The notes below the pieces were generated by a model, which was not told the DNA's origin, made no database searches, and worked only from the letters and a program-made list of their open reading frames with translations. Of a stretch of 64,000 nucleotides of DNA, positions 24,801 to 35,869 are shown one piece after another. Each line of letters opens with the position of its first letter. The stretch's first letter is position 1. Origin of the DNA: Kondoa subrosea (taxonomy: Eukaryota); assembly GCA_039545335.1 (NCBI GenBank), contig BCIN01000003.1, positions 2,489,060 through 2,553,059 on the forward strand, read 5' to 3'. Position numbers and translations under genes: made by a program.

Positions 24801-27238
24801 CAAATGAAGCTTACTTCGGCTCAAAAGGCGGAGCTTCTCATTCCGTCGCTGCTCCTCTTGACAAAGTTCCTGTCTATCAACGAGGTGGATCTATCATTCC
24901 TCGGCGGGATCTAGTTCGCAGAAGTGCAATCCTCACTTGGCGAGACCCTATCACCCTAGTGGTTGCGACAGATAACCAAGGCAAAGCTCAAGGCAGTCTC
25001 TACCTAGATGATGGTGATTCTTACGCGTATGAGCAAGGCGATTTCATCCATCGCAGATTCTCTCTAGACCCAACATCGGGTAAGATATTCACTCTGTCCA
25101 ATATTGATGCTGGATCGCAAAGCTCTTCGTCTGGACTCGCGATGTATACTGGCGACAAGCGGAAATTCGTTGAACAAATAAAGGATGTCACGACTGAAAC
25201 GATAGTGGTGCTCGGTCTTTCGAAGAAACCATCGTGTGTCAAGGTTGGAGACTCATCTGTCGGTCTCGCATTTGAATGGATCGAAGGTGTCTCCGCGACA
25301 GCAGGTCGCAAACGCTCTGGAAAACAAGCTAGCGTCCTTACCATTCGTGGCGCACATCTGCCCGTTTCGGTTGCTTGGAGCCTTCAGATCCATCTTGATG
25401 GTCAAGACTGCTCGCAGCAGAAGTACGAAGATCCACAAGCTGCTTTGCAAAGTCCATCGTGTCCTGTTGGTCAGTTCCAATGTCGTAACCAAGGGCATCA
25501 ACCGTCTTGCATTCTGATATCAAGAGTAAATGACGGGCTGTGTGATCCTGAATGCTGTGATGGCTCCGATGAATTCGATGGCAAAGTTCATTGCCCAAAC
25601 CGCTGCGCGGAAGTCGGAAAAGCTTATCGCAAACAGCGCGATGAAGAGAACAGGAAGACTCGCGTTGGCGCCAAGGTTCGAGCAGAGTATATCACTTTTG
25701 GTCGTAAAGAGAAGCTTCGCATAGAAGCAAATGTCGATCGTCTTCAAGTTGAATTGATTGCTTTGGAAGAGGAAGAGCGCAAAATGAAGACCATTCTTGA
25801 ACAGACTGAAGCTCGGGGTCAAGAAGAAACTGACCGCAAGAAGGCTAGTTTGGCTTATCTTCGGCTGGTAGACCAGCAGCGGGCGATCAAGATGCTGCGA
25901 GAACATAGAGACAGCTATGCGTCGCAACTAGACGAGCTTGTCGCTTTGTTGGGAGATCTTAAGAAAGGCTACAATCCAAACTACCAAGATATGGTGGTCA
26001 AGAGCGCTGTCAAAGGTTTCGAAGATTGGCAACGTGCTAATGGTTACGAAGTCGAGGCGAACGAATCAGCAGATGTATCAGAGGAAGAAGTACAAGAACC
26101 CGATGTCGCACAATCAGAGACAACAGATGCCTTCTCCGATAGTCAGCTTAAAGCATTTGAAAATGAAGATCCGCTCTCCATTCTCGACGACGCAGCGCAC
26201 GGACAGCTGACCAGCCCAAGCTCTCCTGATATTTCAGAGTCACGTATGTTTTCAAATCCTGTATCGTCTTCTTGTCTCAATTCCCACTGCCTCATGCCTT
26301 AGTTTTCCGTTTGGAGAACTACGTTCCGGAATCATTGAAGCCAACTTACACGGCAGCGATCGAGAATCTGCTGTCTGTACTATCTCGAATGGGAATCATC
26401 AAGGAGGCGCAAAAGTTCGATGGATCTTCGAGTGATCGACCTGGTGAGTAGTGCTTTCCTGTTGCTTTGCAGACTGTATTGATGCGAGGCGCCGCAGACG
26501 TCGTCAAAGCTCGATCTCTACATAGTGCGGCACAGAAGACTCTCACTGATAAGCAGCGCCAACTGCGAGAAGAAAAAGAATCACTTGGAAAGAATTGGGG
26601 ACGAGAGTGGGAATTCAAAAAATTAGACGGCACTTGCATAGAGAAGAATACAGGAGAGTCCGTCTTTCTTTTCTCTGCTCAGCAGTAGAGACATAAGCTA
26701 AACAGGCTTCTTCTAGATATACCTACGAAATTTGCTTGTTTGGTGAAGGCAAGCAAAAATCCAACAAAGGGCACATGAATACCTCGTTAGGGTGAGTGGG
26801 ATCTATTGACTCTATCGAACATGGCTCAAGGCTATATGCAGACGCTTCGCGGGCTGGCACCCAACTGCGGATCCATCGTCTGACGCATATTATACCAAGC
26901 AGATATACGACAAAGGCCAGCGTTGCTGGAATGGGGTGAGTTCCTTAACCCAGTAAAGGCCGCTTGGCTGATAGTGTGAACAGCCGGAACGGAGTGTCAA
27001 GCTAGACATCATTTGCGGCACAAAGAACGAGCTCTTATCTGTGATGGAACCGTGAGTTTCCGGACATATTGTTGAATTTTCTGACACTACACTGACACAC
27101 AGCGAGAAATGCGAGTATCTGTTCAAGATTACTTCACCAGGTCAGTTTAGCTTTTCATCGCTTTTGCGAAAGCTCACCGCGTGAACAGCTGTTTGCATAC
27201 CATCAACGGAAGAGGAAGCAATAAAACAGGAGCTTTAG
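21860..27238 (+). CDS. Fused ER glucosidase II: GH31 alpha subunit plus beta subunit (LDLa-like, coiled coil, MRH), C-terminal KQEL
   Basis: Signal peptide, [21 protein letters not shown], catalytic IWNDMNEPSVF and [22 protein letters not shown]. The same exon (24637-26243) continues to [31 protein letters not shown] and YNPNYQDM. Later exons give [47 protein letters not shown]. Confidence 0.9.
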
Positions 27239-27343
27239 CAGTCGATAGCAACTCAATTGGAAATAGAGTTCTTCACGTGTGCTGTTTTGACTGTAAACCA
27301 CGATTTGGGCCCCTCTGTACAGGCATGGAAGCGTAGAGTGACA

Positions 27344-28727
27344 ATGAGAGTTCAGACCATTGCCTTCAACATCGCTATATCCCAACTCCTATTGTATTTC
27401 TTGCCATTGCAAACAGCGCAACCCTTGATTGGACTCCTTCTGGGTGCAATGATCCTCTCTGGCATCTTTCCGCAACTGAGGTTCTATCTGCGATTGTCTT
27501 CTTTTATTGGTGGTCTGCTCACGACAGCGGCATGGGTAAGCAGCGTCTCAATCAAAAGAAATAGGATATGTTTGATCTAAAGCTTGAACGATAGGGTGTT
27601 GTCTCCTCCTTGTTCATGGGCATCATAGGCCGAAGATCTGATGCCTTCTGGGTCGTTGCAAGATCATTCTATAATCTTGTTGGACCTATAGGTATGCTCA
27701 GCATGTAGCAAGGCAGATATTGATTCTGACGTATTCTCAGTTGGCGTACGCTTCAAGATTCAAGGAGCCGAGTATTTGGACAAGAGCGCGCATCCAGCTG
27801 TGGTAGGTTCATCAGCTTTGGTGAAATTAATGCTTAGACTAGGATCCAGATCGTTGGTAATCATCAATCAATCTTTGACATCTTATATCGTGCGCACCGC
27901 GAGTATGATCAGCTCTAAAGTAGTCTAATCATCGAGCGATGCAGTCGGAGCTATCTTTCCAAAACAATGCTCCATAATGGCCAAGAAAGAACTGAAATGG
28001 ACACCGTACGGACTCAAATCATGTCCTCTGCTTGCTGCTGACATAATTATAGATTCCTCGGCCAATTCATGGTCCTCGCGAATGCTGTCTGGGTTGACCG
28101 ATCAAATCGTCAATCGGCTCTCGATACCTTCGCCAAAGTCGCAAAAGTGATGAAGTCCAAAGGAACAAGCTTGTTCCTCTTCCCTGAAGGCACTCGTTTC
28201 TCTTCCAAAACACCTACCCTTCTTCCTTTCAAGGCAAGTTTCGCCAGGTTTAGCTAACTGAAATTTGATCACGTTGCGTACTACAGAAAGGAGCTTTCCA
28301 TCTAGCCGTAGCTGGCCAGGTTCCGATAATACCGATAGTGGTGGAACCCTACTGGAAGATCTACTCTCTACCAGAGAAACGATTCGAATCTGGTGAAATA
28401 CAGATAAGAGGTCAGTCAATCGTCCGTGCATTCAAGCTGTCGCGCTGATCGGCACACAGTTCTACCTCCGATACCCACAATAGGCTACACATCTTCGCAC
28501 GACGATATCACCAAGCTGACGGACAAAGTAAGGGATGTCATGGTACGTCAATATGCAGTTCAGTAGTAATATTCGAATTTGCTTATGCCTATACTTCTTG
28601 TCCATTTCAGCTCGACGCCATAGAAGAGATGGTCAAACGGTCAGACACAGTTGCGGGGAGTCACGAAGTTCTTCGCGATGGCGAGCGTGCGATGGCACTG
28701 TATAAACCAAAGAAGAAGACCACATAA
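27344..28727 (+). CDS. SLC1: 1-acyl-sn-glycerol-3-phosphate acyltransferase
   Basis: Spliced motifs VGNHQSIFD, MAKKELKWTPFLGQFM, FPEGTR, PFKKGAFHLAV; C-terminal KKTT (KKXX). Confidence 0.9.
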
Positions 28728-28834
28728 TATTGAAAGTAATAACTCGCTTGCATTTCCCATTCCGCTGAACTCTCTGTTACAACAACACATAGATCCAAAC
28801 TCATCTAACCAAATACTAAACCCCTTCAACTAAG

Positions 28835-31142
28835 TTAATCCGCAAACAACGATAGTTTTCCTCCACTGTTCAGCCAGTAATCTAAATCATCGTCATTGAC
28901 TAAATCAACAAATCGTTGTTGTCCTCCTGCTCCTTCTTCTTTGTACCTCAAATTTGATACATCTCCACCTAACCTCTCCCTCACTTTATCAAGCAAGGCA
29001 TCCCTGCTGACTGTGGGCGGTACTCTGATGGCAATCAAATCGTCCGTATTGCGATGGAAGATCTTGATCTTGATGAACGGAGGCTGATTAGCTCTTGCTC
29101 CGCCTGTACTGTTGGCGGAGTTTGACATTGTTCTAGAATGCGATGGTTGCTGATATTGATCTTGTGGGTAATTGTTAGAAGGCGGTCTTTGAGAAGAAGG
29201 AGGTGCAGATCCAAAACCACTGTTGAGACTTCGATGAGATTGTCTTGATGGACCCGAACGTTCAGATCCCGCAGCTGAACCAGGTCGAGTGTCGTTCTGA
29301 TAGTTATAAGCACTGTTGGCTCGCGATGAAGACCGTTCTCCTCCAGACCCGCTAAGTCTTGTTTGTTCCATTTGTCGAGCTAGAGATTGATCAGGTGTGT
29401 TGGCTCCACTTGATCCTGGCATTCGGCCCAATAATTCGACAATCTCATTCTCAGCAGCCGTTCGACCGACATCAAACGATTCATCTTCGATTTGTTGAGG
29501 TGGAGCAACTTCAACATCGCCAGGTTTTGGGACCAAGAAATCGAAGAAAAGGGAATGAGAGCGAATATGTTCTGGTAATTGACAAAGCTGAGACAGGTAA
29601 ACGCTCAGATCGGCTACTCTTTGTGCGCAAACAACTTCATCCACATCTTGCACTGGACCTGGCATTTTCGGTAACGTTCTTCTAGGTTTGTCTCCTGGTC
29701 TAGCATCAGGAGGTAATTCTCTTCCTGCTTCTACTCTAAATACATCCATTAAAGCGATTTGAAAGTCATAGAAATCTTCATATAGCCTATAAAGGACCAA
29801 AGAACATCTTGAAGTGAAAGAGCAGCGGACGTGGAACCAGAACGAGCCTTCTTCTTGATGGAAAGATTCAACTGAAGCTGAAATGACTAAACCGTATCGC
29901 TGGAGTGCGTCTTCGTCTTCCAAATTGCTCTGAGCGTATGATTGATCCGAGTATCTTTGATCGCCTCTATTGACCGAAGACTGCGATGTATTGTTACGAC
30001 CAAGAGCAGGAGTAGAGTAGGAAGAAGGCTGCTGAGAGTACGGGTTGAACTGCTGGCTACTAGGCGTATCATAATGAGAATTGACTTGTCGACCTTGAGA
30101 ATTCTGTCGACCATGGCCAGCAGGAGGCTGAGGTGAAGTGTTGGACCGTGAGAGATTACCGCTGGGAGGTTGTTGTTGCTGTTGCTGAGCGAAGTCAAAT
30201 TTGCCAAGAGGAATACTGTTCTGCTTGTATTCGGCTGTAGACTTCTTCCACTCTTCTACTGGTGGTAAAGCACCTCCTCTGATCATCTCTTGCACAACTT
30301 GAGCATCCAAAGCTTTCCCTATGACACGTCGAATGAGGTAAGACGAGAGAGAGATACACCTGAAAACTAACCTGTTGCCATATTCATGATAGAAACATAG
30401 CTAACCGGAATCAGACCAGGCCCTCCTAATCTCCCTATCGGCTTTGCTACAAACCATTCGTGATTTGATTGGGCGCTAACGAAGCAGAAAGTCAAAGGCA
30501 AGCCGGTGAAATGCAACCAAAAAATACGTACATAACCACAATGGGTTCACCTTTCTTAGCATCCAATTCATCCTGCCGTTGGGCTTCAAAGTCGAACTGC
30601 ACAATCCCGTACAAACTCTGCCCTTTGCCTCCAGCTGGACCTTTTCCAGGTGGTGGTGAAACAGCTTTGCCCGAATTCCCATTCTGTTGTTGTTGAGAAG
30701 AAAAGACAGCTGAAGAACCAAGAGTAGGACTATTTCCGGCACTTCCTGGTGGACTTCTTATTGTTCCAGAAGATTTGGCGTTTCGACCCAAGACTTCAAA
30801 ATAACTCATCGGTACCAGACCTCTGGCGTTGGTTAAAGGATTATGTGCGTCAAACCAATCTTCGCCAGATTGACCATTAGATTCCGATGCGTAGCGCTCG
30901 CTAAGAACATGAAAGAAGTCGCCCTTTTCGAAACCGAGTTGTAAAGGCGATTGAGATCTGTATGACTGTAGAGCTCGGATAACAGCTTTTGGTGGAGCAG
31001 CTGATTTGCTAGATAGGTTTTGAGGCATGAGAGGCTGAGCTGGACCTCGGTGAGACGATGGGAGAGGAGGGGAGGTTGGGCCATTGCTGTTCGACGACTG
31101 TCGATCTTTGTCTTTATTCAAGGACCTTCGAATGCTCTTCAT
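28835..31142 (-). CDS. BEM1: Polarity scaffold Bem1/Scd2 (SH3-SH3-PX-PB1)
   Basis: [23 protein letters not shown] (SH3a); [40 protein letters not shown] (SH3b); [15 protein letters not shown] (PX); [19 protein letters not shown] (PB1). Confidence 0.95.
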
Positions 31143-31686
31143 GTTGATGTGTTCAAGATCTGTGTCGTGTAGGATGAATATGGGCAGAGACGTTTACAGA
31201 CATAAAAGCAGATGCTTTGGCGCTGATGAGGACCCGAGAGCAGAGCCTTGAGATAGCAGTACAAGAGCAATAGTACTGCAGGTCTACCAGATGTCTCGAC
31301 AAGTCTTGAAGCAGAAACGCCTTTGTTGTTCCAGCTATATTCTTCAAGCCCAACCGAATTCCGACAAAATCGCGCTCGAGTTGCAGCGTGAGGGTATCTT
31401 TTATTGATAGCGTATAGCTGAGACTCTTTAGCTAGCTATATTGGCGCCAAAGACCGTTTAAATTGGCCGTTTCTCTGAAACCATGGCGCGAAGTCAATAG
31501 ACCCGGTCAGCGAATCAAAAATGTGGCAGACATTTCAATTTGACTATTCTGTACAAGCATATGTTTGAAGGAGGAATGATTGTCCAGCAAAGTCTCCCTC
31601 TTTTGTTATGAATGACCCAAAACCCAAAACAAACGATATTAGCATGACCAATTTGGAAAGTAGTAGCTACCATTCAATCCGGACTA

Positions 31687-32894
31687 TCACCGGCCTCTGA
31701 TAGTAGCAGACCTATCAATCACTTCTTCTTGATCGTCTCCATCTTGAGGTAGAGCTTTCCATAATTGTGAAACATCTAAAGCAGTGGATGCGTGTGGTGC
31801 ATGCTCATTTTCAGCTATCTGACCACGCTCTGAGTCTGTGAGCACGGATCAAATAGCATCAATCAAGACGCTGATCGAGAGTTCCGTTGCAACTCACTAA
31901 TGATATCGGCATAGGACAAGAACGATCTCCTTCGTTCTTTCCTCCTCCCATCCGAAACATCCAAATCATCCTCAGAATTCTCTGATGAAGATAAAACCGG
32001 AATTGAGAAATGCATAGCATTGAAATTCGGCGAAGGTGGTAAACTACCATTACCAAAAAGTGACGAGACGGAAGTAGCCATTTTTGGATCATCGATATCC
32101 GATAAGCTTCGAACGCTTATAGGCGATGTGGTTCCACCTTCGCTAACAACATAAGGCGAGTGGCTGAGATTTTGAATTGGTGAAGGGGATTTTTTCTGCT
32201 TCTTGTGAGATTTGCGAAGGGCTCCTTTGGTATATTGACTCAAAGGAGGTGATGGAGAAGTTGCAGGCGAAAGAATAGAAGAGGATTCGGGAGAAGATAG
32301 AGATGGAGATACAGCTTTGTGACCTGAAGAGCGAATAGGTGTTCTGTTATTTTGGCGCATCTCGGGCGATGTTTTGAATTTGTTCCCTTCAACAACAGAC
32401 GAAGCCATAGAGTCGTGATCTTCCGATGCAGGTGATTGCCATCCGTGCGACTGGAAGCCGAGTCCAGGCAAAGAGGAAGAAGAGGCCGACCGAATTAGCG
32501 ATTCGATCTCTTCAGGAGGAATATCGTCAGTGACTACCGCTTCAGCAACCTCACTTAGAATGCTATACGAAGAAAAACTTTGGTCAATGGGTGCTCCGGT
32601 ACCACTCAACTAAATCTTACGGTGGTATAGCCACGTCTATGGCTTCCTGTGCATCTGCAAGCTGCCATTAGATTCACATCATCTTCCTGGTGAGAATTGC
32701 TTACTAAATATGTGATCAGAAGAAAGCACGTCCCTTTCGAACACTGCTGTGGCGGAAGGAGAGGGCATAGAACTGGGTGTAGCAGAGCAAGTACTTGCTA
32801 AGAGAGGAGATGGACGCTCGTTGGACGAGACCCTAGACCTGCCTTTCACCTCGTTCGGACGTGACTCTTCTCCAGCCCTTCGTCCAGCAATCAT
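31687..32894 (-). CDS. Hypothetical Ser-rich fungal protein (start uncertain)
   Basis: Phase-consistent exons give AVFERDVLSSDHIFNAQEAIDVAIPPILSEVAEAV...RRRSFLSYADIINSER...ATIRGR*. Confidence 0.65.
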
Positions 32895-33354
32895 AGCAGA
32901 TAGTGTATGCAAAAGACGAGGCAGAGTATATTCGAGCGCAACACCTGACGATTAGATCCGCCTAGTAGAGTAGTAGAAAGGAAATTGTGCAGGACTCGGC
33001 TGTTTTCTTGCTGTCACGAAATTCAACGGCCTCGTGTGCGCGGTCACGCCCATGCGCATCTGCTCCGTCCGTCCCCGGGTATACTCCTGCAGTAGTGACT
33101 GCGGAGCAGGAAGTGCTTGTCAGATGACAAGCCAGGTTCAGCGGAAATAATGATCCAGCTCGAACTGGACCCTTGTTGGATGCTACCAGAATCAATGCTG
33201 GTATTCGCGTGCACTCTTCTTTGCCATGCTTTGTTTCTACTGCTTGTCTGGATTTCTCCATGTGTCTCGACTGGATGTACCGTATTGTGTTCTGTTCTCA
33301 TACCCCTGCGGTTGGCTGCCCTAAGCAGCTTGCTGCATCCGAGACCGGTCCGCT

Positions 33355-33433
33355 ATCTGATTGGACACATGCCGCGCGACAAGCTTTCCGGGAGCGCGCT
33401 CAGCCAATGATTTTCGAGCAGCAATCTGATTGC
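33355..33433 (+). promoter_or_regulatory. Candidate GATA-like/CCAAT iron-regulatory elements upstream of the siderophore transporter
   Basis: ATCTGATTG occurs twice (33355, 33424), the second within the palindrome GCAATC-T-GATTGC; CCAAT at ~33404. Confidence 0.3.
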
Positions 33434-33500
33434 GCTAAAGCTCTTTGCAGCATAAAATTTCTCTTCTTCTCTTTCTTGTTCACTGCTGCCATTCTCTATA

Positions 33501-35644
33501 ATGAAGAGTCAACAAACTACGGTTGCATCTACACCTCTTCGCAGGGATTCAGTCGAGAAAGACTCTGAAACCGAAGACGAAACTCCAAGCGTCAGCTCTT
33601 ATGGTGTGCTCAAAGCAGAAGCTGGATCTAGAGCTATGACTCCTGCTTGGAAGTACAGCTTGTTCATCTCCCTTGCCATCTGCGCATATGGGATTTCTTT
33701 GGATCAAGTGAGACAGGCAATTTTTCCAACTAAGATGGACTAATGATCATAACTTTCATAGTATACTACCCCGTCGTACGAAGTAGCGGCGCTCGCAACG
33801 ACTTTCGGTCAACATTCTCTCATTTCGACGATCAACACCTTCCAAGCTATCTTTGCCGCCGTTGCTCAACCTCCATTTGCCAAATTATGCGATATCCTTG
33901 GAAGATGGGAAGCATACTGCTGTGAGTTTCCTTCTATGCAATGTCCATAATTGACTTGGCTCTGCAGTCAGCGCATTTATGTATTGTCTCGGTTACATCA
34001 TTGTGGCTTCCTCGCAATCGGTAGCGTCATATGCTGCAGGACAATGCATCTATCAGTTCGGTATTACGGGCTTCTGGTTAGTCACGCAGGTAATTGTTGC
34101 CGTACGTCCAGAGACCCTTTCCAATAGCATTCATCTTGTTCGCTCATATTTATTGCCTTAGGATAATACTTCACTTCGGTCACGCGTCTTCTGGGCCATA
34201 TCCCCTTCTATCCTTGGTACAATAAATGTATGGCTGGCGGGAAACGTTGCTTCAGCGATACTGGGCATCGATCAGACTAATTGGCGATGGGGTAAGATCT
34301 TTCTTGGTTCAGTGTCACTGTCCTGATGTGATATGCTAGGCTATGGTATGTTCGTGATCATCACACCTGTACTACTTGCTCCTGTCATCTTTGTCCTTGG
34401 CTGGACCGAACGTCAAGCGAGATCTCGTGGCTACATGAGCGGAATGGTAGCACCCTGGAAGGCTGACAGGGTATCAGTAGTAGCCCGCGACATCTTTTGG
34501 CAGATGGATATGCCGGGGCTGTTTTTGCTTGTTGCGACTTTCACTTTACTATTGTGAGTGCTTCCAAACATAGTTTGGTTTTTGTTGACTATCTGTCAGG
34601 GTGCCTATTACTATCTACTCGCAAGTCAACGGAGGTTGGCACTCTGCAAGGATTATCGCTCCTTTCGTCATTGGCTGTCTGCTTGTACCAGTCTTCTTCG
34701 TCTATGAAGGTTTCTTTGCACCGCACCCGATTATTCCACCTTCTCTCTTCAAGAAACGATCTATCCTCTTTGGCTTTTGTATAGGCTTCCTTCTCATCAT
34801 TACAGATGCTGTCGGTGGTCTGTACTTATATACCTGGTATCAAGTCGCTGCAGATCAATCTGTACTCTCAGCTACTCGCTTATCCGGCCTTTCAACATTC
34901 ACAAGCGTGTTATCCGTCGTCGTTGTCGGTCTGCTCATCAGGAAAGTCAAACGCAATAAGCCTTTCATGATACTCGGAGGTGTAATAGAGGTTATAATAT
35001 GGGTAAGTCTCTTCATTTTTTAATGTATGATGACATTGAACAATTTCCAACAGGCTGTAATGACTCGATTCCGCGGTCCTTCAAATTCAGTTGGCGAATT
35101 GGCGGTGCTCCAAATCTTTAGGGGCATGGGTTACGGCATGATCATTTGGCCTACTCAATCAAATATTCAGGCATCTTTACGCCATGAACAAGTAGCTTTG
35201 GTCACTGCAGCTTTCCTTGCTGTCTACTATTTGGGAGGAGGCGTCGGTAGCGCAATCGGTGGATCAATCTGGCAGTCAGTCCTCCCGCCTCGCCTTCAAG
35301 CAGCAGTACCGCAACTTTGGGAAAGCGTTTACGCCGATCCAATCACCTTCATTACCGAATATCCTATTGGCACGCCAGAAAGAACAGCAGTCATTCAAGC
35401 TTATTCTTCAGCCCAGCGTATTCTGCTTATCGTTGCATCGTGCATCTCCGGTCTCGTCACCATTCTCTGCTGTTTAGTATCGAATCCAGTGTTACCGTAA
35501 GTGAGAGATTATCTCATTCCTTCTGTCAAACTGATCTCACTATGTAGGGATACTATTACCATGGCTGAGGTGGAGAACGGGCAAAGCATCGCGCCAGGCG
35601 AGATCAAAGATCCGGAGAAGGCTGCAGCTGCAGCAAGGGTATGA
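33501..35644 (+). CDS. MFS siderophore-iron transporter (Sit1/Arn family)
   Basis: YGVLKAEA, FGQHSLISTIN..AAVAQPPFAKLCDILGR, WRWGYGMFVII, WQMDMPGL, GSAIGGSIWQSVLP, YPIGTPERTAVIQAY; many TM segments. Confidence 0.88.
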
Positions 35645-35869
35645 TGGGTCCACAGAGTATGGAATAATAGATAGTAAAGTCAGTAAAGTGCTGTAGTAAG
35701 GCAATGAAACTATTTTGGGTTTGCATAATTCGACCATATTACGTAACCTTTTTGAGATTGACCATTCTCCCTATTTCTTACTCGGAGGCTATATGCCAGT
35801 GCTCTCTTTCTTCTGTCACTTGCAACTCTGCTTCTCGAATACAACTGCTTCTGTACCGCCGACTCAGTG

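Noticed and set aside
25304..25318. Basic RKR site near the alpha/beta junction as a cleavage site regenerating two subunits
   Set aside because: It lies before the final strands of the alpha C-terminal domain rather than in the linker, and Kex2 acts in the late Golgi; unsupported without protein data.
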